A stretch of DNA of 64,000 bases, taken from the IMG/VR virus record IMGVR_UViG_3300028802_000009, positions 1 to 64,000 of that record; one strand, given 5' to 3'. The notes under the pieces are model-generated. The model had not been told where the DNA came from. It did not search any database and saw only the letters and a list, made by a program, of their open reading frames with translations. The position numbers and the translations under genes were made by a program. This stretch comes from a virus. Shown here piece after piece: positions 47,753-57,921 of this stretch. Position 1 is the stretch's first letter. Every line of letters starts with the position of its first letter.

Positions 47753-47837
47753 TATTGACTTTCTCCTTAGGGCGTGAAAACAGGGTGCTTTACATTCGAT
47801 CTAAATCTGAGAGGGAAACTGGTTCCCCCTAAACACT

Positions 47838-49136
47838 TCACTTCAGGCCGAAGGCGTCACGGACATCCGGAGCCGACTGCCAGAGACTCGACAACTTGTC
47901 GACTACTGCATCGCTTGCGGTCTTAGAGGTAGAACCGCCGAGTTTCGCGACGCCTGCGCGGGGGCGGGTACCAACAGTGCGAGTGCTGGCAGTACGACGC
48001 GAGCCCTGCTTCTGCTGAACCTGCGCTTGACCCTGATCGTCTTCCTCGACCTGCTCATCTTGCGCGAACAAGGTGCGAAGGATCTCATCCTCACCGGCAA
48101 GGACAACGTTTTCCGTGTCCAACGGCGCGGGGTCCATCTCGATGTCGCCCTCAGCCAACGGACCACACGAGTCGTCGGCAAGCAGCTGCTCAAGGTCGTC
48201 ATCACCGCCCAGCACCGGCTCTTGACTCGGGAACTGCTGACCAAGCGCCTGTTGCTGACCCGGCACTTGCTGACCAAGCGCCTGTTGCTCGCCCGGCAGC
48301 TGTTGCCCCTGCGCTTGTTGAATCAGCTGCTGCAGCTGAGCCATCATCTGTTGCATCTGCGCTACCTGTTGCTGTCCATTGGCAGACTTGGTAGGCCAGT
48401 TGTCGTTGGACTTGGCATTCTGATCGCCGCCGTCATCCTTGGACTGCTGCTCAGAGTTCTTCTTCTTAGCCAACATCCTACGAGAGGCCTGCTTCTGCTG
48501 GCCGTCATCGTCATCGTCATCGTCGGCATCATCGTCGTCGCCGCCCTTGGACTTGGCCTTCATCTTTTCGATGTTCTCTTTGAACTGCGGAGGGATCTCG
48601 CCGGCCTGCTTGTCCTGACCCTCGTCAGAATCATCATCCTCAGCGAAGCCGTCATCGTCGTCGGCCTCCTCCTCGACATCCTCTTCGCCCTGCTCAGCAG
48701 CCAAACGCCGATGCGTATTGATCAGCTCCTGGTCAGGCACATACATGAGAGCGAAAGCCTGGTCCTCGATCGCATCGATCCCAGCCACCTTTCCGCCACG
48801 CAGCATGAGCTTGGCAACAGCGACGCACAGCTCGGCCTTCTTCAGGCGAACCCGATCAGACGCAGTCTTCTCGGCATGATTGAAGGTATCTTTACGTAGT
48901 TCCGGCATACCGATCTCATCACGGGCCGTCTGTCCGTCAGAGTACTCCTCTTCCCAAGTATTGGGCGAGTGCACGTCTTCAGCGAAGTCAGACGGGTCAC
49001 CAATCACGTACTCATCCATCGCAGGTTGTGGATGGTCTTGATTCATCGAATAGACATCGCCCGCGACTTCAGCTGCCTGCTTCTTGGCAGCCTGCCTCGC
49101 GATCTCTTGAAGATTCCAGGTTGAACGCTCACGCAT
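47838..49136 (-). CDS. Putative scaffolding/prohead core protein
   Basis: Very acidic, low-complexity, Gln-rich; lies between protease and capsid genes; many (K/R)xA sites; 33-bp tandem repeat at ~48235-48305. Confidence 0.65.
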   Translation of the reverse strand: MRERSTWNLQEIARQAAKKQAAEVAGDVYSMNQDHPQPAMDEYVIGDPSDFAEDVHSPNTWEEEYSDGQTARDEIGMPELRKDTFNHAEKTASDRVRLKKAELCVAVAKLMLRGGKVAGIDAIEDQAFALMYVPDQELINTHRRLAAEQGEEDVEEEADDDDGFAEDDDSDEGQDKQAGEIPPQFKENIEKMKAKSKGGDDDDADDDDDDDGQQKQASRRMLAKKKNSEQQSKDDGGDQNAKSNDNWPTKSANGQQQVAQMQQMMAQLQQLIQQAQGQQLPGEQQALGQQVPGQQQALGQQFPSQEPVLGGDDDLEQLLADDSCGPLAEGDIEMDPAPLDTENVVLAGEDEILRTLFAQDEQVEEDDQGQAQVQQKQGSRRTASTRTVGTRPRAGVAKLGGSTSKTASDAVVDKLSSLWQSAPDVRDAFGLK

Positions 49137-49187
49137 GGCAGGGGTTTTCCTTTTCCTCGTAGGCTTGCAGTTGTATAGAAAGAAAGT

Positions 49188-50738
49188 TCACGACCGACCT
49201 AAGGCGTAGAGTCGACCCTTTTCAAGAAGTTTACTCGCCTCAGAGCCGGTCACTACCCGGCCAATTACTTGACGGCACGCCGCCAAGTAGGTCTCATCAT
49301 CTTCATATGGAGCAGTACCGCCCACACTAAGCACTGTCCTATAAACTCTTGTTTCACCGGCCATAGACGATTTCTTCGTCAAGACATCTAGAACGCGAGA
49401 GACCGCAAGGATCTCACGGCCCGTTAAACCGGCTTGCCTCACCCGGCGCCATCCTCCGTTCTTCTGGAGGATGAGCCCTTGCAAGACTCGCTTGGCTTGT
49501 GCCTTTCCAACAAACGAAACCACGATCTTAGCGATGCGTCGCCACTGAGGGTGTTCGAGTGCCGAACGGATCAAGCTCTCATTCTGCTTGTTGTTGTCGA
49601 CGATCTCGCGAACTTCGTTCGCTTCGCCCTTACTAATCTCTTGCCGAACATGCTCGATGGCCTTGTCCCGAAGAGCCGTCGACAGATCCTTGACCGCCTT
49701 ACTGATGGGGTCTTCCTCTGCGCCTCCCGGTGGAGCCGGCGCGGGTGCGCCCTCCGCGGGAGCTGCCGCAGGATCTTCCGCGGGCGCTTGAGTCTGTTCT
49801 GCGGGTGCCTGCTCTGCTGGCGCTTGCTCTGCTGGCGCCTGGCCCTGACCTTGGGCACGCAAAACGCGAGCGGCTTTAGAAACCCCTCCGGGTATCGGCG
49901 ATGGAGCGGATTTCGAGAAAGCCATGTGAATCTTGTTCTCAGCGTGCGCGACTTCTTCAGCCGACAAAACGCTACGCAGAACGGCGCCCTTGAAGGCGGG
50001 ATTGGCTACCCACGATGCCTCGATGAAGCGCACCGAGGTCGGATCCGTGTGGTGCCCGCAAAGCTCTGCGACCTTCCGCCCAGTCTTCGATTCATCCAAG
50101 AACTGCTGGCCCTTGAAATACCGGATGCACGCGCATAGCTGGGTTTCGTCTTTGGCGACGTTGCCGCACTTCGTGCAGGTCGTTGAGCTGGTCGAGCACC
50201 CCATGCTCAGAGTCCCGAGCTGGCCGGACTTGATCGACCGAATCAGGGCCGCGTGCTTTAGGTCGTTGGCAATCAGGATGTCGACGTAAACCGAGTCCCC
50301 AATGTCACGAGCCGCCGCGTCAATGATGCGCCCCTGAGATAGCTCGGGGATCTGCACGTGCTCGATGTACGACTGCGCTCCGACAAACGACTTGAATGAC
50401 GACATCAGGAGCTTGCGCTCGAATGCGTCGTTGTTGTTGTTGATGTAGCGCTGCGTTTCGGGCGTGACGTAGTAGTCCTGATATGGCCGGTCGATCTCAA
50501 ACCCATCGACAAAGTGGCGCCCGACCGGAGCGCTAGCGTTGTCAACGTCGACAGACGCGACAATCGTCGCGTGGCTAAGCATGTACCTAGCTGGGTCGTA
50601 CTCCTGTAAGATGACCCGTGCAGTTCTCTTCTGAAAATCTAGCTCGGGCAAGATCGCCGTACGACGCAATGCATCCCACTCGGCGAACTTGATTCCCGGC
50701 TTCTGAAGAGTAGCTTTAGCGAACTTGAGAAATGCCAA
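49188..50738 (-). CDS. Prohead (capsid maturation) serine protease with inserted zinc ribbon
   Basis: YIEHVQ (His), GRIIDA (Asp), TLSMGC (Ser), CTKCG...C, FIEASWVANPAF (E.S.V..PA typical of herpes-assemblin/HK97-type proteases); QAPAE linker repeats. Confidence 0.8.
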   Translation of the reverse strand: MAFLKFAKATLQKPGIKFAEWDALRRTAILPELDFQKRTARVILQEYDPARYMLSHATIVASVDVDNASAPVGRHFVDGFEIDRPYQDYYVTPETQRYINNNNDAFERKLLMSSFKSFVGAQSYIEHVQIPELSQGRIIDAAARDIGDSVYVDILIANDLKHAALIRSIKSGQLGTLSMGCSTSSTTCTKCGNVAKDETQLCACIRYFKGQQFLDESKTGRKVAELCGHHTDPTSVRFIEASWVANPAFKGAVLRSVLSAEEVAHAENKIHMAFSKSAPSPIPGGVSKAARVLRAQGQGQAPAEQAPAEQAPAEQTQAPAEDPAAAPAEGAPAPAPPGGAEEDPISKAVKDLSTALRDKAIEHVRQEISKGEANEVREIVDNNKQNESLIRSALEHPQWRRIAKIVVSFVGKAQAKRVLQGLILQKNGGWRRVRQAGLTGREILAVSRVLDVLTKKSSMAGETRVYRTVLSVGGTAPYEDDETYLAACRQVIGRVVTGSEASKLLEKGRLYALGRS

Positions 50739-50744
50739 GGCTGT

Positions 50745-51470
50745 TCACCATCCAATCGGCTCGCCCAGCGGACCCAAGATCGCATCCGACTTAAGCAAAA
50801 ACAGGTCTTTGGGGCATGCGAACAACCGGACACGGGCACCCTTGTCCATCTTATAGGTTGTGCGACGCATTGAGGTCGCACACTTCGGACAGCGCGGCTT
50901 GCCAAGCTCCAACTCACCGGCAGTCACACGATACTGGCGATTTTGCGCAACCCAGTATGCCGCGGTCTTCGCAATATGCTGCTGTATCCGCAGATCACGG
51001 AGCCTCTCGCCCACCCGATAGAACTTCTGCACTTCGGCCCGCAGCCCGTTATCATCCACGCCTTGAGCTGCGTATCGATGCCAGGCGTCGTCATACGCAG
51101 CTACCTCGGAAGCGCCAGTCGCCCAGCTCTTTGCCAAGCTTGTGTAGAATCCCCGTGGGAGCTTTGACCCCGCCCATGGGCTAGAGGAAGCCCACTTCTT
51201 ACGGGCTTTCTCAATGTCGTAACTGCTGTAAGACTGGTCGAACTCGGGTGGCAGCCACTGCACAAGGTTGGGATTGACCCGCACGACCTCATCCGGGCTC
51301 ATGCGCTCGTTGCCATAGGGCCATTGGACATCCAGGCAACCCAAACCACGATGCACGGCCGTTACGCGCCCGGTGAAAGGCGATAGAGACCAAGCGTCCG
51401 CCCCAGGAGCGTACCGTTGCACGGGATCGCCCTGCTTGAAGTCTTTGACGAGTTTCCAGATGTCGATCAT
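50745..51470 (-). CDS. Hypothetical head-module protein with C-terminal zinc ribbon
   Basis: SD GAGG; CPKC...CPKD; AKTAA site. Confidence 0.75.
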   Translation of the reverse strand: MIDIWKLVKDFKQGDPVQRYAPGADAWSLSPFTGRVTAVHRGLGCLDVQWPYGNERMSPDEVVRVNPNLVQWLPPEFDQSYSSYDIEKARKKWASSSPWAGSKLPRGFYTSLAKSWATGASEVAAYDDAWHRYAAQGVDDNGLRAEVQKFYRVGERLRDLRIQQHIAKTAAYWVAQNRQYRVTAGELELGKPRCPKCATSMRRTTYKMDKGARVRLFACPKDLFLLKSDAILGPLGEPIGW

Positions 51471-51528
51471 GTTTGCGGTCCTCGTGCGGTCTCACACTCG
51501 CTCGGGCCAGCTTCAGGCCCCACACGGG

Positions 51529-54500
51529 TCACTTAGCCAGCGGGCGACCACTCGTGGACTTGCCGCTGCGAACGCCAGACGAATCGTCGGACTTGTACGC
51601 CTTCATATACGGCTCGTCGGCTTCCATCTGAATAGGCTGCTGAGGATTCTTGAACGTGTCCATGTACTTCTCATCGGAGTCGCGCTGCAACACCTGCGCT
51701 AGCTTAGAGCGGCCGATCTCGCTCGCCTGACGGTTCAGCAACGATTCCTCACCGTAGGTTGCGGCTTCTAGGTCGTCCGCGATCTTATCGATCGCGTTCA
51801 CCAGATTCTTAGCCGCCGTAAAGTCCATCCCCCACTTGCCATGGTTAGACTGGACAACGGAGGCCATGCGGTCCAGGCGGGCCAAAAGCCCATCAGCCTG
51901 GGCGGTCTCAAGTTGAAGTTTGTTGTTCGGCATCGTGTTCCTCGCAGTTCTTGATCTAACCGTAAGTAGCGTCTCGTTCTCAGACACACCTGCAAGGCGT
52001 GCCAAGAGCTTGTTGTAAACAGTCGGATGTATCGCGTGATCGTAATTCTCATCGCGCAGAGCGAGATCCAGAGCCGCACGCAACTGGGTATCCCGGACAA
52101 CGCCCTCGACCTTGGTCGACAGCGCTGGCGTGGAGAGCCATTCGCGAGCCGCCTTTAGAAGCCGTGTATAGACCGGCTCACCGAGGTCTCTAGCCTGTGG
52201 CTGCTGCCACTTTCGATAAGGCTCGAAACCCTCATGGCCCTTGGGATAGGGGGCGACGCCCCAATAGACAGCAGAACGATCCATCGCACAAGTAGCGGAA
52301 TAAAAAGAAAAGGCGTGCCCAGTGGTCCGATCCGCGACTCTTTGGGCGGCACGGCGCGAAGCGAAGTCATCCCAGATTTCCTGCGCGAACCCTGCCTGTT
52401 CTTCCGGGTCCTCAACGTCCCCCTTGTAGCGGGGCGGCTTGCGCGGAGGCTTCGGGGCGGCAATCTTCTGCTTTCTCAGACGTTCGCTACCCGTGGGAGG
52501 TGGCTCAGCGTCAACATCACCCGACTCCTTGAGCTTCTTGGAGTATGCCTTGTAGTCTGACTCGAACTCCTTGCTCGCCTTATGAAGCTGCTCCCGATAG
52601 TCCTGGGCGGACTTCTTGTACTTCACCATCTCTTGTTCGTAGTGCCGATTGTCCTGCTGATCTAAGATGCCCTGGACCGCATGCTGCTTGTCGGGTCGCA
52701 GATTCGCCAGATGCTTCATGACGCGATCCCGAAACGTCGTGTATGTGTCCTGCGAAGTCGCCTCGTCCGGGTATCGTTTTGACCGTTCGCGAAGAAACTC
52801 GGTCGCCTTACCGAGGCCCTTGGCAATCGCCTCCGGTGACTGTCGCTCGGAGATGGGGGCAAACCCCTTCGGGTCCAAGAATCGCTTGCGGGCCTCGCGG
52901 TAATCATTCGCCTGACAATAGCTAACAGCCAGCTTTTGGAGGTCCGGGTCCTTAGTGGACTTCAAAAGCTTCTGCGCTTGTTTATCTGAGAGGTCGGATG
53001 GGTCCGACTTGAGCTGCAACCCGCCGTAGAACAGACGCTCTGCCTCAGCAGTCGCCCGCTTACTGCGGTCCTCTGGGCTCTCTCCAGAACCTGAGAGCGC
53101 AAAGTTGGACATGGCGTCAGCCAGCTCCTTTGGCGCCCCCTTCCTAGCGAAGGCTTTAGCGACCGCACTCTCCGCGGCCAAACTCATAGCAACGGTCTTC
53201 ACCTGATGCTTACGGTAAGCTTTCGCACCCTCAATCGGATCGGTGATGCTCTTGAACTCAACATCATTACCGTCCGCGTCCTTCACCATCTTGGGTGCCG
53301 GGACATTGTTGGGGTCGGTCGTGTAGAAGGAGGACGCCTCGTCAACAAGCGACGAGATATCCTCGGGGACGCGAATAGCGGTCACCTTCTCATAGTCTGC
53401 GACCATTTCCTGTATCTCGTCCGGGTGGTACCGGGGCTTGTTGGCGAACAGTATCTTGGCAGCCAGCTCACGCGGGAACGTCTTCATGACGAGCCGATCA
53501 GCTGCCTGGCGTTCTGCCTCTGTGACAGGTCTATCTGGCTGAAACGGGGCGAACTTGGGCGCGTTGGGGTCCTCTGGCGCCGTAGGCTTCGCTTTTGCCG
53601 GCCCCTTCTTCGCTTTGGCAACACCGGCCGAGCTGCGGGGTTTGAGCGATTTCGCGAGGGACTTAAGCCGTTTGGCCGTATCGCGAGATGTGTTAGGTTT
53701 GGCAGCCGTGTCTTGGAGTAACTGAATGGCCTGGTCGACAAGTTCTGGCTTTATCGGGTCACCTCCCTGTAAATAGAACACAAGCTTGCCGACTGCGTTG
53801 GAGGCTGAAGCTGGGTTAAACCCCGCGTCCTCCCAGACTTTGGTGATCTCAGCTTCCAGAGCTTCATCATCCGACTGAGCGGGCTTGGCGGCAGGTGCTC
53901 CTTGTGCCGGAGCAGGCTGTTGGGCGGGAGGTGGCTGTTGACCAGGGCCTGGCTGTTGAGGTGGCTGTTGACCAGGGGCAGCTTGTGGTGGTGCCCCTTG
54001 AGCGGGAGCCTGCGTAGGAGCAGCTTGCGGGACCTCACCGGGTGTGGCTTCTTCGCCGGGAGCAACGGGCTTTTTCTTGCCCTTTTGTTTCTGCTCCTTG
54101 ATGCTTTCGCGCGCGCGAGCCTCCACCTCCTCATCAGTCGGCGGCCCTTTTTTCTGGAGTTCAGCAAGAGCGGCTTTCGTTTCCGCCAGCTCCTTCATGA
54201 TTTGCTCGCGCTCGGCGGTCGCCTTGAGAGCCTCCTTGATGGCAGCGCGCTCCTTTTGGGCGCCCTCTGACTTTGGGTCCTCCTTCAGCTCCTCTTTGAC
54301 CTCCTTCAAGCGGTTCTTGAGCTGGACGCGTTCAGCGGCCGAGTCGCTCGTGTCTGGAGCTTCATCCGGACCTTTCTTGGGCTTTGGAGCTTGCCCTTGG
54401 ACGCTCATGACGCGCGCCAAGTCCGAAACCGTCTTGATGCCTTCTGGCAGCGCTCTTCCCTGCATAAAGGGTTTAGCGCTGTAGCCAGGATTGTTCTTGG

Positions 54501-55134
54501 CGAACTGAGAGTTATCCGAGTCGGGTCTCCGGAATGACTTCAGGAATGCCTCGAACTTGGGATCCTCTTTCGCCAGCTGTCTCAGGGCATCGCGTGCCGC
54601 CATGTCCTTTTCGACATTCGGCTGCGCCGCGGGCTCCTTGGCTTGAGGTTCTTTCTCTTCGCCGGTTGGCTTTGGTACAAGTTTGAGGTTTGGCTTACCG
54701 ACAGGCTTTGGCTTATCAGCTGGCTTTGGCTCGGCAGTCGGCTTTGGCTTGCCCTTGAAAGTCTCTTCTTCGGAGTCATCCGCGAGTTCGTATTTGCCAG
54801 GCAGCTCTTTAAGCTTCTCCGGGCTGATCTTACCCACCCATCCTGTGGCTTTGGATCGGACCTTGACCTTCTTCCCCTGTGGGTCAGTCGCCTTGGCGCC
54901 CGGAGCGTTGGCCGCCCAGCGACGCAGGATTCTCGCCGCGGTCGATCCACCGATATCTTTGAAGTTTTTGGACTGGTCCTTGTCCCTATTGTCTAGGTCA
55001 GGGTCGTCATCCGGCTCCACCCGCTCCCTGCGTAGGTCATGCCGTGCCGGCTTAACCTTGGGGCTCGGGCGAACAAGCCGCTCGACTTCTTCATCCTCCC
55101 GCTCTCCGCGGCTCTTCGTAGCTTCGCGATCCAT
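51529..55134 (-). CDS. Large charged/low-complexity head protein (1201 aa) with nested in-frame starts
   Basis: Lys/Glu/Pro/Gln-rich; lies between portal and protease; candidate internal starts at 52284 and 51933. Confidence 0.75.
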   Translation of the reverse strand: MDREATKSRGEREDEEVERLVRPSPKVKPARHDLRRERVEPDDDPDLDNRDKDQSKNFKDIGGSTAARILRRWAANAPGAKATDPQGKKVKVRSKATGWVGKISPEKLKELPGKYELADDSEEETFKGKPKPTAEPKPADKPKPVGKPNLKLVPKPTGEEKEPQAKEPAAQPNVEKDMAARDALRQLAKEDPKFEAFLKSFRRPDSDNSQFAKNNPGYSAKPFMQGRALPEGIKTVSDLARVMSVQGQAPKPKKGPDEAPDTSDSAAERVQLKNRLKEVKEELKEDPKSEGAQKERAAIKEALKATAEREQIMKELAETKAALAELQKKGPPTDEEVEARARESIKEQKQKGKKKPVAPGEEATPGEVPQAAPTQAPAQGAPPQAAPGQQPPQQPGPGQQPPPAQQPAPAQGAPAAKPAQSDDEALEAEITKVWEDAGFNPASASNAVGKLVFYLQGGDPIKPELVDQAIQLLQDTAAKPNTSRDTAKRLKSLAKSLKPRSSAGVAKAKKGPAKAKPTAPEDPNAPKFAPFQPDRPVTEAERQAADRLVMKTFPRELAAKILFANKPRYHPDEIQEMVADYEKVTAIRVPEDISSLVDEASSFYTTDPNNVPAPKMVKDADGNDVEFKSITDPIEGAKAYRKHQVKTVAMSLAAESAVAKAFARKGAPKELADAMSNFALSGSGESPEDRSKRATAEAERLFYGGLQLKSDPSDLSDKQAQKLLKSTKDPDLQKLAVSYCQANDYREARKRFLDPKGFAPISERQSPEAIAKGLGKATEFLRERSKRYPDEATSQDTYTTFRDRVMKHLANLRPDKQHAVQGILDQQDNRHYEQEMVKYKKSAQDYREQLHKASKEFESDYKAYSKKLKESGDVDAEPPPTGSERLRKQKIAAPKPPRKPPRYKGDVEDPEEQAGFAQEIWDDFASRRAAQRVADRTTGHAFSFYSATCAMDRSAVYWGVAPYPKGHEGFEPYRKWQQPQARDLGEPVYTRLLKAAREWLSTPALSTKVEGVVRDTQLRAALDLALRDENYDHAIHPTVYNKLLARLAGVSENETLLTVRSRTARNTMPNNKLQLETAQADGLLARLDRMASVVQSNHGKWGMDFTAAKNLVNAIDKIADDLEAATYGEESLLNRQASEIGRSKLAQVLQRDSDEKYMDTFKNPQQPIQMEADEPYMKAYKSDDSSGVRSGKSTSGRPLAK

Positions 55135-55160
55135 TCGATAGGATCGAATTCATCGAAAGA

Positions 55161-56936
55161 TCAACCGAACCGGTCGTCAGGGGGCGCCTCTTGCTCCACC
55201 TTCTTGAGACCAAGGGTCTTAATGAGGCGATCGGTTACGTCAGTCTTGGTCACGAGTTCGTTGGACGCCGCACCGTAGATACCGCGCATCAACTCGTTAA
55301 AGAGGGCATCGTTGACGGTGAACAGGTCCCGCTCCAACTTGACCCTAGTGTCATCTGGGTCGATATTGAACATCTCCAGGATGAGGGAGATATCGATCGA
55401 GCCCTTGTTGTAAAGGTTGAAAAGCGCATCGTACGTATCTTGAGAGTCGCGCAATGGAAGCCGCGTAAATGAGAGCCGAGGAAACAACACGACCTCTCCG
55501 CCCCATTGATTTTTCTCGACAAACCCCTTGCGACGCGCCACGGGTTTGAAGATGTGTTTCTCGACGTACTCCTGAAGCATCTCGCGCAGGAACATGTAAC
55601 GCGTGTTGATCACCTCCAGCTTGAGGCGGTCGCCCGAGTACAGTTGCTCACCGGAAAGCAGGCTCTCCGTAACCCCGAGCCCAGCAAAGAGCTGCTTGTC
55701 TGTGATCTCGTACTCGCTCGAAAGATCGAGCAAGCGATCCTTGGACCCCATCTCTTCCCAGTGGACCTCGTAGTTCGCGACGATCGAGTAGTCCGGGTCA
55801 ACCAGTGACAGGTCGACCTGTTCCCGTAGGTCCATCACGTCCAACTCAGAAATCTTATCGCCCCAAACGATTCGCTTAGGGGTCATGGCGCGAGACGCAA
55901 TCTGCGTCTGAGCTTGGCGCAACTTTTCCCGATACATCAACGTGCGCAACACTCGGTCGAGGATGCTCTGACCAAGGTCCTCACCCGCACCACGGCGACC
56001 GGCGAGATAGTACACGAACGATCCTTCATCCGCGTCTGTCCCGAGTGGAATGAGCTTGCCCTGCTCCAGGTGGTTGCGAACTTCTTCCGGGATCTCGCGA
56101 ACCATCTCCTCCGCAAAATCATCGCCGGCCTTCGCCTGCTCGATGAGCGCCCGATCACGATCCGCAGGGATCAACTCGACCTTCATTTTGTCGGTGAACG
56201 AATAAGTGGTGACCTTCACTTGGTCAATCGGCAAGACGATGATCCGGTCCCAGCCTTTATAGTGCTGCTGATAATATGCCAGCTCTTGGTCGTCCCGATC
56301 GGCGCGCTCGACCCGAGTAACGTCGGGCTCCTCCACCGCTTCACCGTCCTCGGTGACCTTGGATTTGGTCCCAACCGACTGCACGTCAAACCCGACATCA
56401 TCAGGGACATCCACCGCCGAATCTTCGGCGAACGAGAACACCGACCCGTCCAGCCAGTAGTGATGCACCATCGTCACCAAGCGCTGAAACAGCTTGATGC
56501 GATCGCACATCTCCGTGAAGAACCAGAGGATATAGTTGCCGTAATCGTGCGCGTCCTTGAATCCTTCCGGACAGGTCGTCGGCTTCGGAGTGGCGAGCCG
56601 GACCTTGGACAATGGCAGCTCAGTATGCAGGTCGATCGACTGTCCCACGATGGGGTCAGTATTGTAGAAATGCCGGTACAGCTCGCGCTTTTCGCGCAAC
56701 GACTGCGGCAACTCCAGGAAGTCTGTCGACAGCTGCGGAGAAAAGAACTGGCCAGCTGTGGCCAGCGTCGTGTTCATCGAACCGCCGTCATTGGCCTTCT
56801 TTAGCCGACGCGCCTCTCGCTCCTTGTCCGTCAGCCCGTTGACCGGGTTCTTAGCCACGTACGGTCGGCTCTGGACCTTCGTGGTCTGGGGTAGCGACAC
56901 CCCACGTCTAACGTTGGTAAAATCTTTTGCCATCAC
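55161..56936 (-). CDS. Portal protein
   Basis: Downstream of TerL; YRHFY..DPIV..SIDLH.E.P, G.SIL.R..R.L....KLR.AQ, LF.GLGV...LLSG, ...LQEYVEKHIFKPVA portal-like helical pattern. Confidence 0.85.
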   Translation of the reverse strand: MMAKDFTNVRRGVSLPQTTKVQSRPYVAKNPVNGLTDKEREARRLKKANDGGSMNTTLATAGQFFSPQLSTDFLELPQSLREKRELYRHFYNTDPIVGQSIDLHTELPLSKVRLATPKPTTCPEGFKDAHDYGNYILWFFTEMCDRIKLFQRLVTMVHHYWLDGSVFSFAEDSAVDVPDDVGFDVQSVGTKSKVTEDGEAVEEPDVTRVERADRDDQELAYYQQHYKGWDRIIVLPIDQVKVTTYSFTDKMKVELIPADRDRALIEQAKAGDDFAEEMVREIPEEVRNHLEQGKLIPLGTDADEGSFVYYLAGRRGAGEDLGQSILDRVLRTLMYREKLRQAQTQIASRAMTPKRIVWGDKISELDVMDLREQVDLSLVDPDYSIVANYEVHWEEMGSKDRLLDLSSEYEITDKQLFAGLGVTESLLSGEQLYSGDRLKLEVINTRYMFLREMLQEYVEKHIFKPVARRKGFVEKNQWGGEVVLFPRLSFTRLPLRDSQDTYDALFNLYNKGSIDISLILEMFNIDPDDTRVKLERDLFTVNDALFNELMRGIYGAASNELVTKTDVTDRLIKTLGLKKVEQEAPPDDRFG

Positions 56937-57355
56937 TCAGTACCACTTGCGTCCCCGTCCACCACGGCTTGGATGACGCCATCCGTAAGGTCTGAGTCCT
57001 CTCGATACATATTGAGCAGAGACTCCACCGGAGTGGAAGCCACGGGGGCCTGCCTGATAGGTGGTTTGACAATAGATTCTGCAGGCGCTTCGGGAGTTAG
57101 CCCCTTGAGAACTCGACCGCCAGCCGAAGCTCTCTTGAGCCCTTGCCCCGCCATCCCCGAAAAACGGGTCCACGTCGAGGCGAAGCGCATGTAGATAGCG
57201 GTGTTGTCGTCAGCGGGTGCCCGCCGCACCCGTTGGTAAAGACTCTGCGCGAGCCCCTGGATACGTGAAAAACGAGAATCTAGTTCTTGACGAAGTGAGG
57301 CGATTTCCGCCACAATCGCAGCCGGCTCCATTCGATCTGGCGGGGTGAGATTCAT
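56933..57355 (-). CDS. Hypothetical helical protein
   Basis: 140-aa ORF with 4-nt overlaps at both ends. Confidence 0.7.
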   Translation of the reverse strand: MNLTPPDRMEPAAIVAEIASLRQELDSRFSRIQGLAQSLYQRVRRAPADDNTAIYMRFASTWTRFSGMAGQGLKRASAGGRVLKGLTPEAPAESIVKPPIRQAPVASTPVESLLNMYREDSDLTDGVIQAVVDGDASGTE

Positions 57356-57921
57356 AGACCGGCTTGGATCCCCAAGAAGAATTGATTGACTGGCATCGGG
57401 GTCTGATTCACGAAGCCGGCGACAGAAGCGGGCGTGAACGATAGAGCTGGAGCCACCGATGACTCATCCTCTCTAGTCCACAATCCGCGCCTCGAAAAAT
57501 AGAGCGGGTCCCGAACAGCATACACCAGAGGGACGAGCGGCCCGCCCCCAACTCTCGATGCATATGTGTATCTCTCGTAACTGGAGGTTGTCAGAATGTT
57601 GTTACCCCCCATCATCACGGCAGATCCCGGATGAACCAACTGAGCCCTCGTGCTGCCCACAAACTTGTCCGCCGACTCATCACTCCCCCACAGCATGAAG
57701 CCGCCGTATAGCCCGTTCGAGTAACTGACGACGGGCTCCGGTAGCGAAGAGTCGACCCACATCACGCCTTGTCCCCCGGCCCACCCGCCCTGCACCATCG
57801 CTGCGTCAACCGTGACGACGTGAGCGTCCCCCTTCGCAAACAGGATGCAATCACGCGATCGAACCATGTCTAGCCCGTGAAAATCGATCTCGAAGGCGCC
57901 TACTGGAGGTGGGAAAGGCAT
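57352..57921 (-). CDS. Decoration-like paralogue 3
   Basis: TAATG overlap start at 57921; GWAGGQGV.W, GGFMLWGSDE, YERYT, YAVRDPLYFSRRGLWT. Confidence 0.75.
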   Translation of the reverse strand: MPFPPPVGAFEIDFHGLDMVRSRDCILFAKGDAHVVTVDAAMVQGGWAGGQGVMWVDSSLPEPVVSYSNGLYGGFMLWGSDESADKFVGSTRAQLVHPGSAVMMGGNNILTTSSYERYTYASRVGGGPLVPLVYAVRDPLYFSRRGLWTREDESSVAPALSFTPASVAGFVNQTPMPVNQFFLGIQAGL

